DNA from: Mobula hypostoma
Taxonomy: Eukaryota
Direction: 5' to 3'
Length of the DNA stretch: 64,000 nucleotides
Assembly: GCF_963921235.1 (NCBI RefSeq)
Contig: NC_086098.1
Location: 8,990,001-9,054,000 of the forward strand
Shown here: positions 38,866 to 51,515 of the stretch, in pieces
Numbering within the stretch: position 1 is the stretch's first letter
How the letters are laid out: every line of letters begins with the position of its first letter
Notes under the pieces: generated by a model
Databases searched by the model: none
Told to the model about the DNA's origin: nothing
The model's input: only the letters and a program-made list of their open reading frames with translations
Program-made: the position numbers and the translations under genes

Positions 38866-40330
38866 CATAAGACCATAAGATATAGGAGCAATATTAGGCC
38901 CATTTGACCCAATGGGTCCACACTGGCTCATGGCTGATCCAATTTTCCTCTGAGCCTGAATCACCTGCCTTCTCCCCGTATCCCTTCATGACCCGGACAA
39001 TCAAGAATCTGTCAACCTCTGCCTTAAATATACTTAAAGGCTTGGCCTCCACCGCTCCACAGACTCACCACACTCTGGCTAAGAAATTCCCCCTCATTTC
39101 CATTCCAAAAAGATGCCCTTTTAATCTGAGGCTGAGTCCTCTGGACTTAGACTCTCCCTCCATAGGAAACATCCTCTCCACATCCACTCTATCAAGGCAT
39201 TTTACCATTCCATAGGTGCAAATGAGGTCACATCTCATTCTTCTGAAATGTAATGAGTAACTTTGCAGTAAGTTCATTTACCCTACTCCATACACTGCGC
39301 ACTTTTCAGTCCTGTATTCACTCTTTTCGATTTTGTTGACTGCAATTTTACCCTATCAACAGCCTCTCCTCACTACACATTGCCTGTTTGTAAACCAACT
39401 ACTTCATCTTCAGCACTATTATCAGCCTTTCCTGTAAAACGTCTTGCATTGAAATATATGCAGCTCAGGAGACTAGTCTCACCATGCTCAACCTTTTGTT
39501 TTCTTAATTTCTCTGAGGTCTTACCAACATCTGCCTTCACAACCTCTCCACTAACTGTTCTGGTGCTCTGGTTCCCATCACTGTGCAACTCTAGATTAAA
39601 CCCTACCCTGCAGCATTAACAAACCTTCCCATTCGGATATTCGTTCCCCTCCAGTTCAGGTGCAAATGGTCCTTTCTGTACAGGTCCAACCTTCCCTGGA
39701 AGGGAGTCCAATGATTCAAAAATTCTTATGCCCACCCTCCTACACCAACTCCTTAGCCAAGTGTTACACTGCATGATCTTCCTAGTTCTGGCCTCACTAG
39801 CACGTGGCACCAGCCACAGATCACAACCCTGGAGCTCCTGCCCGTTAGCTTAACTCCCTGAAATCCCTATGCAGAACCTCGTCACTCATCCTACCCTTGA
39901 CATTGGTACCTACATGAACCACGACTTCTGGCTATTCACGGCCCCACTTGAGAATGCTGAGGACTCAGTCTGAGAAATCCCAGACCCTGGCATCTGGTAA
40001 GCAATATGCCATCTAGGAATCTTGTTCTTGCTCACAGAACCTCCAGCCCATTCCCCTAACTAACGAATCCCCTATCGCCGCAGCGTGCCTCTTCGCCCGA
40101 CTTCCCTTCTGAGACACAGCGACAGACCCAGTGCCAGGACCAGCTCCAACTCCTTAATGCGAATTGTTAGAAGCTGCAGCAGGGTGCACTTCTCATATTT
40201 CAGGGACACTGGAGCTCTCCGTGCCTTCCCACATCCCACAAGAGGAGCATTCCACTATCCTGCCTGGCATCTCTACTGTCCTAGCTGAGAAGATATAAAG
40301 AAGGGAAGGAAAAATAACTTGAGCTTTTCT
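38866..40330 (-). mobile_element. CR1 ORF1 (esterase-like) and start of EN, abutting a CR1 3' end
   Basis: PRASEARTRKIMQCNTWLRSWCRR; LSCIYFNARR; 3' end at 38866-39258. Confidence 0.8.
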
Positions 40331-41118
40331 TTTCTCTGGCTGAAGCCTCTCTTTGCGGTATCCTCAAAGAGCTAAAGCCTTGAGATCACCACTCTGACTC
40401 TGCCCACTCAGATGACCGCTGCTGTGGCGACGGGCACTGTGCAAGCCTTTGCCTTCCTTTAATTTGCTGATCAATCCCAAATGCCAGCTGATCGCTGGTC
40501 AAAGTGCTTTTTTGCAGTAGCGTCCCGCTGCTGCCTTTTCTACTTGGGCAGTGTATCTGACTGAAATCCCCTCCTCTGAAAATTTCCAATGTCCGGATTG
40601 GCTGCTGGTCAAAGCTCTTTTTTATGGTCTTTCAAACGTTGTAATTGTTCCTGCCTCTGCAGCTTCCTCTGGCTGTTTACAGTACCTACCACCCTCTGGT
40701 TGAAAAATAGTTTTTCCTCAAGCCCTTATGAATCTTTCTCCTCACACCTTAAGTCTATGTCTTCTCGTTTTAGACTGGACGGACATCCCAATGCCCTAGG
40801 CTTGACTACAACATGTAAATTATTTAAATAGTGTAAATAATCTTTTTTTTGACTGTGTATAAATTAAAGAGAATGCAAAATGACAATTTCTGAAAACACA
40901 TAATAAAATTTATCTCTTCTCCTCACCTATCACCTCCCCCCGGTGAACCTCCTCTTCCCTTTCTCCACACTTCATGATTCACTCTTCTCTCCCATCAGAT
41001 TCCTTCTTCTCCAGCCCCTTCCCTTCCAAAGTTCGAAGTAAATTTATTATCAAAGTACATATTTGACAGCATGTACGACCCTGAGATTCATTTCCTTGCA
41101 TACATACTCAATAAATCC

Positions 41119-41582
41119 TAGTCAGGTCACTCATCTGGTACCATGTAACCCAGTACTACCTGTCGCATGGTCGGGTGGTTGGCGACTAAACCAGCTCCCC
41201 CACCAGGCTTGCCTGGTGAGGAGGGTGGATAGACACCCTGCAGGACGAAAAACGAGGCCTGTCAAAGGGTGGATGAACCCTCTCGTAGGGTCAACGGCCA
41301 TCTAGCAAACACGTGCCGTGAAGCGCGGAAAGGGCATCCCTTGCACCGAAACTTGGTCTGGCCATTCACTGCAACAGAACTTCCCCCAGCCGTCTTGGAC
41401 CCCACCATGCCGCTGGATCCGGGAGGGGATGTCGAGAGGGTGGGTCTGGACCTGTGCAGCCCCCTACTCACCTAAAATCCATTCACGCACACGTTGTTCC
41501 TTTCTGACGAGTGGGGTATCCTAAACCCCACTAACTGACTGAAAGGAACCATCATCGTCCTATGGGATGGTTAGCCAGAGAG
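41119..41582 (+). mobile_element. 464-bp GC-rich non-autonomous retroposon
   Basis: Exact 13-bp TSD ACTCAATAAATCC at 41106-41118 and 41583-41595; (GA)n tail; strand inferred from the tail. Confidence 0.8.
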
Positions 41583-42258
41583 ACTCAATAAATCCATAAC
41601 AGAATGATAACCATAATAGAATTAATGAAAAACTGCGACAGCTTGGGTGTTCAACCAGTGTGCAAAAGACAACAAGTTACAGATACAAAAAGAAAGAAAT
41701 AACAATAATAAATAAATTAGCAATAAATATTGAGAACGTGAGATCAGGAGTACTTGAAGCTGAGTCCATTGGTTGTGAGAACATTTTAATGATAGGGCAG
41801 AGAGAAGTTATTCCTTTTGTTTCATGAGCCTGATGGTTGAGAGTAGTAACTGTTCCTGAACCTGGTGGCGTGAGTCCTCGGGCTCCTGTGCCTTCTTCCT
41901 GAAGCAGATGGCATGGGCTCAGTGGCTGGGGTCCAGACAGTGGACCTTTCGCACCCACCTGGCTTCACCTATCACCGCCTAGCTATCCCCCTTCGCCTCC
42001 CCCACCTTTCTATTCCCCCTTTCCTTTCCAGTCCTGATGAAGGGTCTCAGCCTGAAATATCCACTGCTTATTCTCCTCCATAGATGCTGTCTGACCTACT
42101 GAGCTCCTCCAGCATTTTGTGTGGATTTCCAGAATTTGCATAATCTCTTGTGTTTACAATAAAAATTGAGTGACTCTTTCAGTTTTACCAATACCCTAAT
42201 GTTTCTAAATTACATGAAAGTATCAACTATAACTATAGGACGTGAAACTTTTTATCAT

Positions 42259-42699
42259 ATAACAATATAACAAACCATATAACAATTACAGCACTGAAAC
42301 AGGCCATCTCGGCCCTTCTAGTCCATGCCTAACTCTTACTCTCACCTAGTCCCACCGACCTGCACTCAGCCCATAACCCTCCATTCCTTTCCTGTCCATA
42401 TACCTGTCCAATTTAACTTTAAACAACATCAAACCTGCCTCAACCACTTCTGCTGGAAGCTCATTCCACACAGCCACCACTCTCTGAGTAAAGAAGTTCC
42501 CCCTCATGTTACCCCTAAACCTTTGTCCTTTAACTTTCAACTCATGTCCTCTTGTTTGAATCTCCCCCATTCTCAATAGAAAAAGCCTATCCACGTCAAC
42601 TCTATCAATCCCCCTCATAATTTTAAACACCTCTGTCAACCCCCCCCCAACCTTCTACGCTCCAAAGAATAAAGACCCAACTTGTTCAACCTAAACCTA
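42259..42699 (-). mobile_element. CR1 3' end with a 5-bp TSD
   Basis: ATCAT at 42254-42258 and 42700-42704; empty site seen in the paralog at ~53271. Confidence 0.9.
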
Positions 42700-43913
42700 A
42701 TCATCGAGGATTGAGGATGATTTCTTCCTCAAATTCTAGGTCAACACAAAGTTACTTGGGAAAGACATTTGCAGAAGGCATAGCCCTGTTGAAATACCAT
42801 ATATAGAAAAGGATGGGTAATAAAATGTTCAAAGTTTATTATCAGAGTACATACATGTCACCACATACAACCCTGAGATTCTTTTTCTGCAGACATACTT
42901 AGCAACTCTATAGAACAGTAACTGTAAACAGGATCAGTGGACAGCAAACTGCAAATGAAGATATAAATAAATAGCAATAAGAGGAAGAGATTGAAGCAAA
43001 GGTGCTTAAATTCATTGCCATAATAAAGACCTGTTTGCAGGATGAACAAGATTGCAAATTAATTATTTCAAGTCTTTTGGAAAAGAAAATGGGAGGTAAG
43101 ACCGTGATAGCAATAAGTTAAAAAAATGGAAGCATATTAAGTCAGAAAATCACTTCGTAAAACTGTTTGATTGGAAATATATAAATAAAAACAAAAATCA
43201 CTCTCTAAGTTGCACCTGGAGTATAATGTGCAGTTCCGGACACCACGCTATAGGAAGCATTAGAAAGTGCAGGACATTCACTAGGATATTAACCTGGATT
43301 GGAGAACTGTAGTTATGGAGAAAGAGGGGATGATTATTTATTTATTTTTTATTCTGATTTAGCACGGAATAGGCCCTTCCGACTCTTTGAGACACACCAC
43401 CCAGCGACCTCTGATTTAACCCTAGCATTTTCACGGGACAATTTACAATGACCATCCAATTTATCAATCAATGTGTCTTTGGACCGTGGGAGGAAACCAG
43501 AGCAACTGGAGGAAACCCCAGTCACACAGGGAAAATGTACAAGCTCCTTACATATAGCAGTGGGAATTGAACCTGGTTCGCTGGTACTGTCAAGCGTTAT
43601 GCTAACCATTACGTTACAATGTTACTTATTTAAGAGTAGACCTGATAGTGGTATATAAAATACTAAGTCACCTTAGAACAGAGATGAGGAGGAATTTCTT
43701 TAGCCAGAGGGTGGATAATCTGTGGACTTTATTGCCACAGATGTCTGTGGACGCCAAGACATTGGGTATCATTAAAGTGGAGTTTAATAGGTTCTTGATT
43801 ATCAGGGTGTCAAAAGTTACGGGGAAAAGTCAAGAAAATGGTGTGCAGAGGGATAATGATCAGCCCTGATGGAATGGCTTGGTGGAGATTCGTCTCTACC
43901 AAAGGAGGTGTAA

Positions 43914-44416
43914 AAGCTGATTTATGCTTGTGCATCAAATTGACGCCGTAGGTACGGCGTAGCCGCGAACCCTACGCAGATCCCTATGCCGTAGCCTGAC
44001 GCTCACCTCACCCAAAATGTAACTACACGTCGCGGCAACGCAGACCACAACAACTGTGATTGGTCCGCTTGGTAGCATCGCTTTTCCTCCTACGCTGCAA
44101 TAGCTTCCCATTGGGCGACTGAAGGGCAGGGAAGGAACTCTGACTGCAATGCTTTCCGTAAAGCTTTACAGACCTCCAAAATTATGGAGGACACATTTCG
44201 CTTTTACAAAAAAGACGCTCATTTTAAACTTGTTTACCCTGAGAAAGACAACCATGACCATGAAGCCTTGCATGGGCAGGTGTGTGCGCATGCGTGACAT
44301 GCATGAATTGCAGAACGACGCAGACACACCAACGCACAAGTATAAATGCTCACAACGGCGCAGCCCACTTGCGTAGGCTACGGCATAAGCTGGTACGCAC
44401 AAGTATAAATCAGCCT
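43914..44416. mobile_element. PIF/Harbinger-type MITE (503 bp)
   Basis: 22-bp TIRs with 3 mismatches (AAGCTGATTTATGCTTGTGCAT / ACGCACAAGTATAAATCAGCCT); TAA TSD at 43911-43913 and 44417-44419. Confidence 0.9.
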
Positions 44417-45349
44417 TAAGGCACTCCTTCCCTCCTTAGCCTGCAGGTCACCCTTGAGTAAGCTATAGCACCTGTTTAGCGCCACCCCCAAACAAGGTCA
44501 CGTCAAGCCATAGGAGATGATTGTATGAGCAGCTGGTGCATATCACAACTCCTGGTTATGCAACCACTGAAGCGAGACAGACAATCTTTGAAGAGTATCG
44601 ATAATGGCTGGGATCACCTGTCTTGTGAAGACACTGCCCAGAAGAAGGCAATGGCAAACCACTTCTGTAAAAAAATTACCAAGAACAATGATGGTCAGGG
44701 AAAGACCATGACTGCTTATGTCATACAACATGGCACATGATGGCGATGATGATGATAGAATGGTGGAGAAGACTCATTGGGCCGAATGGCCTAATCCGGC
44801 TATGTCTTATGGTCTTATGTTAATTATTGATGAATCTGTTTTCACTTCATTAGTGTCGTCAATGACTGACACAGTACAAATTTGTAGGAGGCAGCCTGCA
44901 AGTGTCGCCATGCTTCTAGCACCAACATAACATGCCCACAAATCACTAACCTTAACCGTACATCTTCAGAACGTGGGAGGAAACCAGGGCATCCGGAGGA
45001 AATCTACACAGTCATGGGGAGAACACACAAACTGCTAGCAGACAGAAATGGGAATTGAACCCCGAACGTAGACTCTATAATAGAATTACACTAACCACTA
45101 TGCTACCATGCTGTTAGCGTGGAAGTTACATAAGTTTGTATTAATAAATAGTACTGAAAAATTGAATAAGACTGAAGATTAAATAGTAATACCCTATTGC
45201 CACTGGCCGATGTTCCAGCATTTTATAAGGAGAGATCCAAAGTAGTTTTGATCTTGCAGAATTTTATAGATTTTAGAATGATTTCTGAAGACTAGAAGAT
45301 GGCAACAGGAAGCAGATTGGAGAATCCTTTCTTAATGGTGTGGTAACAA

Positions 45350-45660
45350 GACATAGAACAGTATAGCACAGTACAGGCCCTTCGGCCCACATTGTTGTGC
45401 CGACCCTCAAACCCTGCCTCCCATATAAGCCCCCACCTTAAATTCCTCCATATAGCTGTCTAGTAGTCTCTTAAACTTCACTAGTGTATCTGCCTCCACC
45501 ACTGACTCAGGCAGTGCATTCCACGCACCAACCATTCTCTGAGTAAAAAACCTTCCTCTAATATCCCCCTTGAACTTCCCACCCCTTACCTTAAAGCCAT
45601 GTCCTCTTGTATTGAGCAGTGGTGCCCTCAGGAAGAGGCACTGGCTATCCACTCTATCTA
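45350..45660 (-). mobile_element. CR1 3' end
   Basis: TRGHGFKVRGGKF..FFTQRMVGAWNALP. Confidence 0.9.
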
Positions 45661-46103
45661 TCTAGAGACATAGGAAGTCATAACATGACTGGGCAGAGTC
45701 AGTTTTGGGTTTACCAAAAGGAAACTGTATCCCAAAAAAATCTTTTGAGTTTTTCTGAGAATGAAAATGTAACTCAAAGAGCAATTATGAAGAAGTGATT
45801 TAGTGGATTTGTATTTTTAATAACTGCCAAAGAGGCCAAGTAAGGGATTATTACAAAAGAATTAAGGATACTGGAATACAGACAGATCTGAGGCTGAATC
45901 TATTGAGATTAACTACTTACAATTTACATCAATGGATCAGATGAATGGTCATATTTCCTAGTTCAAGGTTAATTGTCATTCAACCATACATGAATGCCCA
46001 TGAATATTGCTAAATGAAACAGTGTTACTCCAAACGAAACAGCAGTAATAATCTGAGTTTGCTTGTGACAATTAAACTATGGGAAGGATGCAAAGGAACT
46101 TTT

Positions 46104-46588
46104 TGTCACAAACATGGATGGTTGTTAATTTTTTTTCCAATTAGTTTGTCAACTGGTAGGTACGTACTGTCCTTGGGTTGTTTACCATTTATGTTTATTT
46201 GTTCTGCTTTTTCACTTGGTTTTGCAGGTGTCTCATTTGAGGTCATGGGGATTGTTGAGCTCTCTTTGTATTTATCGCTTTTCTCTAACTTGGGGTAGTT
46301 TAATTTGCATGGTATTGACAAAGTCCTATGTGCTCCAGGGTGTGTGTTAGAGGGGCAAGCCAACCTCTCTCCTTTGGGTCGTTGTGGTTCCTTGTCGGGT
46401 GAAATTCAGACTGAGTTTTTCTGTGTATCGTCGGTGATTTCTGTTCATCAAGATTCTGTACAGCTTCCCTGAGCTCTTGCTAGTTTTTCTAGTTACCTTA
46501 AGTGACAAATCTTTAGTTTTGTTTGAATTGCCAGTGTCTGTGATTCTTGCACTTGAGTGCGCTAGCAATCTTCACTCTTTTTCTGACA
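46104..46588. mobile_element. Possible solo LTR (485 bp)
   Basis: TGTCA...TGACA inverted termini and strand-skewed composition, but no TSD. Confidence 0.35.
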
Positions 46589-46589
46589 A

Positions 46590-46937
46590 CCATAGGAGAT
46601 GCAACACATGTCCCTACACTTCGTCCCTCACCACCATCTAGGTATCTAAACAGCCCTTTCAGATGAGGTAGAGATTCATCTACTCTGGCCTTGCGTATGG
46701 CATTCAGCCCATGTGTAACCGTTTTGTGGAATCCTGTATTCTGTTTACAACAGGCATCTTACGCTTCTGATTGTATGCAATATTCCCTCGTGTGTGTGTG
46801 CGTGTGTGTGTGAGCACGCATGCATGTGTGTGTGTGTGTGCATGCATGTGTGCACGTGTGGGTGTGCGTGTGTGTGTGCATGTGTGTGTGTGTGTGCATG
46901 CATGCGTGTGTGCACGCATGCGTGTGTGCACGTGTGG

Positions 46938-46991
<54 letters not shown>

Positions 46992-47475
46992 CTGTGCATG
47001 CACACACATCTTTTGCTACTAACACACAAAGGAATTTAAACTGCACAAAAAGGCTGTTACCCTCTGCCACATTGACATGTTAAGTATATTTCACGATCAT
47101 ACACATTTCCTTTTCCAGTTTCTGGTGTAGAGAGTGTTGACAACATGAAATTTGCGATGATTTATCTGCAGATTTTAGAACTGGCTTATTTATACTGCTT
47201 TTATTGAAGAGATTATTCAGTGTGCACATGTTGTTGTCATGGGGCAAAAAATATCTCGGTAAAAGACTTGCGCACAGTGGTCATTACAAATTAGAGGGAA
47301 CATTGATTGTATGTCATGTCAACTCCCCTCCCACCCCCACACTCTTCTGTCTGTCCTTAGCCTCTTGCACAGCCATGGTGAGGCTAACTGCAAAGCAGAG
47401 GAACAGCATCTCATGATCCACTTGGGGAGCAGACAATCCAATGGTCTGAACGTTAACATTTCCGATTCCAGGTCA
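46590..47475 (+). mobile_element. Old Penelope-like fragments (46590-46730 and 47310-47475)
   Basis: RRCNTCPYTSSLTTI and CKAEEQHLMIHLGSRQSNGLNV. Confidence 0.7.
46790..47008. repeat. Compound (GT)n/(GCAT)/(GCGT) microsatellite
   Basis: About 220 bp of nearly uninterrupted purine-pyrimidine alternation. Confidence 0.95.
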
Positions 47476-47547
47476 ACCTGTGTTTGTCTTACCAGGCAAC
47501 TTAGTTTCACTCCCCATTTGTTCGCCTTTCCACCTGCCCATCAACTG

Positions 47548-48089
47548 CAGTACTGTGCAAAAGTCTTAGACATCTACTGTATGTGTATACATAAGTCTGT
47601 AAATCTGGCGGGAGCAAAGGGTGTTGGGAATGGCGAGTGGAGATCTGCTGGAGGGGTGTGGAACAGGTGGCAGAGGAGTGCCAGAGGCAGAGGTGGTATG
47701 GGTGCAGACACACCCAGCCCTGAGACACCAGGCGAGGTCATTTGAGTCTAAACAATTGGTTTATTGATCATTACAGAATGTCTCTCTGGTGCTTCACACT
47801 CCCTCCCCTCTCCCTTCTCCTTTCCCCAACCATGATTCCCCTCTCCCTGCCCTCTTCTCACTCTCAGTCCACAATAAAGACCCGTATCAGAATCAGGTTT
47901 ATCATCAATCACATATGTCATGAAATTTGTTTTTTTTTGTGGCAGCAATACAGTGCAATACATAAAGTCAAATGGGAGGGAAAACCAGAGAGAAGTCATG
48001 ATAGGTATTGTACAGTACTCTGCAAAAGTCTTAGACACCCTAGCCATATATATATATATATATGTAGCTAAGACTTTTGCACAGTACTG
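47548..48089. mobile_element. Composite Tc1-like MITE; inverted related copy at ~54588-55045
   Basis: TIR CAGTACTGTGCAAAAGTCTTAG at 47548, 48013 and (inverted) 48068-48089; TA flanks; shared ~350-bp internal segment. Confidence 0.75.
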
Positions 48090-48339
48090 TACATACCTAT
48101 CATGACTTCTCTCTGGTTTCCCCTCCCATTTGGTTCCACTATTCCATGTCTATCACTCCTCTTATTTCTGGTTGCAGTCTCTTGAGACTCCAAGCAGAGG
48201 AGCCTGCCGGATTAAATGAGCAGAATGGAACCTGTGCAATATGATGTTAGGTATTGCATTTTTTTTCTTGGTTGATAAAGTAGAGAGGCCAAATACAATT
48301 TAAAGTTAAAAGAATATTAAATAAACATCCCAGAAGAGA

Positions 48340-48592
48340 GGTACATCCCTTTAGAACAGAGATGAGGAGGAATTTCTTTAGCCAGAGGCTGGTGAATCTG
48401 TGGAATTTATTGCCACAGATAGCATAGAGAACCAAATCATTAGATATATTCGAAGTGGAGGTTGATAGATTCTTCATTATTAAGGGAGTCAAAGGAAAAG
48501 ACAAGAGAATGAAGTTGAAGGGGGTAATAAATCAACCATGGTGGAATGACTGAACTGACTCAATGGACCAAATAACCTAATTCTGTTCTTAT
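48340..48592 (+). mobile_element. CR1 3' end
   Basis: TTTAGAACAGAGATGAGGAGGAATTTCTTTAGCCAGAG and 3' UTR. Confidence 0.85.
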
Positions 48593-49314
48593 GGAAAGGA
48601 AAATAGCCTAATTCTCCTCCCTCATTCCAAAGATGTATAATTAGTAGGTTTATCAATCAAATGGGTTCAATGTCTTTTGGATTTATGGTCTAAATATTGG
48701 TATTTATTTAAAGCAAGATATCCTTGCATACCAACCATGGGAAATTACAGCAAATGATAAGGAATATGCTGCACTTCATTATAAATGAATTGGACTGTGC
48801 AAGTCAATGCATGTTATTGCAATTTTATGGTGTTTTGGTGAGTTCTTATTATTTTGGTTGACTTACCTTGGAATGAAATAAAAATTATGAAAATACTTTG
48901 TGGGAAAAGGAGATTATCTCATAAAACAGATTTTTAAAAAGATATTTAGTAAATTCAGCTCATTTGCCCGAGTTTATAAAAATGAGAGTTTTCATAGAAA
49001 TATAAGTCATCTAAATCAACAGGTTAGAAGTTGGGAGGATGTCAAAAATCACGCAAAAGTCTAAAAACTAATGTCACTATCTCAGAATAATTAGATGAGA
49101 GAGAAGGAATATGTTTCCTTGATGGTTTCTGAATCTGTGCTATGTTCTTTTCTAATGGGCAGTGATTTCTCATTAGACATAAATCAAATGATTCTCCAAT
49201 AAGATGTAAGAAATAGACTTAATGTAAAAATCACCAATGATCATATTGAGTTGCACAACAGGCTTCATAGACTGAAGGCCCAATTTCTACTCTTATACCT
49301 TACACACTTTAGGG

Positions 49315-49858
49315 GCACAATGGTTGCATGACGCTATTACAGCTTGGGTGTCAGAATTTGGAGTTTAATCCAGTGTCCTCTGTAAGAAGTTTGTACCTCC
49401 TCCCCAAGGAATGCTTGGGTTTCCTCCAGGTGCTCCAGTTTCCTCCCACAAGGCAAAGACCTATCGGTTAGTAGGTTAACTGTTCACTGTAAATTGTCCC
49501 ATGATTAGGCTAGGGTTAAATCAGGGGCTGCTGGGCAACAGGGCTCAAAAGGCTGGAAGGGCTTATTCCATGTTGTATCTCTAAATAAATAAATCAACCT
49601 TTTTTCGGTTCTAGGCTTGGATGAAGGTTCGGGGATGGTGTGGTAGTGTTGTGGTTAGCACAACGTTTTACAGGACCAGCAACCCAGGTTCAATTCCTGC
49701 CACTGTCTGTAAGCAGTTAGTGCATTCTCTCCATGACCGGTTGGGTTTCCTCTGGCTGCTCTGGATCTGAATTCTGTACGGATAATTGGCCACATGGGTG
49801 TAATTGGGCAGTGCGGTCCCATTGGGCCAGAAAGGCTGGTTACCATGCCGTACCTCTG
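49315..49858 (+). mobile_element. Two tandem V-SINE (HE1-like) copies
   Basis: tRNA-like heads (GTGGTTAGCAC..GGTTCAATTCC) and V-domain GGGTTTCCTCCAGGTGCTCCAGTTTCCTCCCACA; other copies near 43350, 44950, 55870 and 60030. Confidence 0.75.
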
Positions 49859-50777
49859 CAAAAAGAAAAAACGATGAGAACAAAGCGGCTTTAAAATGTT
49901 TAAAAATGCTACCTATCAATGTATCATGAAAATTGTTAATACTAGCTGTCAGAAGAGGAAAATGTCAAAAATGCAAAATAATTCAATCAACATTTAAAAC
50001 AGAAAGACAAGTTAATATTTCAATTTTAGTTGAGACATTCTTTGAGCTATTGTGCATTTCCAATATGCTCAACTTTTATTTCTAAATAATATTTATTGTT
50101 TGAAACATAGAGATATGCATGCATCCATTCTGATATTTGAATAAAGATTCCCATTAGAGCAACAGCCTGGAATACTCCAGAGGTTTTGATTGAATGTGTG
50201 CTATGTGGTTTCAGTAATGAGACATCAGTACCACCCTCCAGCTATCCAGCAGCTATTCGACTGACTGACACCATAACCAGAGAGTCTGCCAGGGGCCAGG
50301 AGGTTCAGTCTAACTCCTGCTCATAAAAATCTCTGTTTCATTTTAAATATTCAATTACTTTAAACATATTCCTGCTGAAAAATGAATGAAAGTAGAAGAC
50401 ATCATCTGTCAAAATGTAAAAATAATGAGGACATTACCTGTCACAATGTAAGACTGGTAATGTAAAAGTCATGCATGGTTTTTGATGAGAGTGTGCCTTG
50501 AAAAGAAAAGCCAAGGAGCTATTGATGGCCTAACAGGATCATTATATGACGGGCAACATGAAGTAAATTTCTGATAGGACTTAACTTGTTGGAGGGTTGA
50601 ATATCATTAGAATCTGCACAGAACAGATTTGGAAATGCCTTTATTCTTGTCCAAAGGATTTGATAGCAGAAAAAAAAAACATGAGGCAGTTAGTCATATT
50701 TTTTGTTTAGAAAGATGATCAAGAACTAAATTCACTAGAGAGATAATTTTCTATTCTTTTGTGATTTATTTTACATA

Positions 50778-51315
50778 CACTCACTGGCCACTTCCTTAAG
50801 TACACCTGGATACCTGCTCGTTAATGCATATACCTAATCAGCCAATCATGTGGCAGCAACTCGATGCATAAAAGCATGCAGACATGGTCAAGAGGTTCAG
50901 TTGTTGTTCAGACCAAACATCAGAATGGGGAAGAAATGTGATCTGAGTGACTTTGACCATGGAGTGATGGTTGGTGCCTTATGGGCTGGTTTGAGCTGGT
51001 CTCCTGGAACTTTCACATGCCACAACTTCCAGAGTTCACGGAGAAGGGTGTGAAGAACAAAAAAAAAACATCCAGTGAGCAGCAGTTCTGTGGGCGAGAA
51101 CGCCTTATTAATGAGAGAGGTCAGAGGAGAATGACCAGACTGGTTCACACTGACAGGAAGGTGACAGTAATTCAAATAACCATGCATTACAACAGTGGTG
51201 TGCAGAAGAGCATCTCTGAAAGCACAACATATCGAACCTTGACGTGGATGGGCTACAGCAGCAGAAGACCTCATTGGGTTCCACTCCCATAGCTAATAAG
51301 GTGGTCACTAAGGTG
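50778..51315 (+). mobile_element. Tc1/mariner non-autonomous element
   Basis: TA + degenerate TIR; MGKKCDLSDFDHGVMVGA; homologous to 14537-15187. Confidence 0.88.
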
Positions 51316-51515
51316 ATTCTCTGTTCTGATTATTTGCATTTCAAGCTTTAGTTTTAAATTGTTCTTTGATTTATAGTCTGATTTTCATTTGTTGCCACTG
51401 TTCCCACTCTGTAGGTGGGATGGAGGAAGGCAACTACTCTCTTTCGTGTTGTCACTGCCAACCATATCACATGCATTTGCCAAGGATCAACTAGATGAAC
51501 TTACTTCTTTCCTAC

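Noticed and set aside
46106..46568. Two overlapping minus-strand ORFs of 85 and 73 aa
   Set aside because: No recognisable homology; explained by strand-skewed composition inside a possible LTR
46704..47083. HTHT/VCVC-rich ORFs in all six frames
   Set aside because: Artefacts of translating a microsatellite
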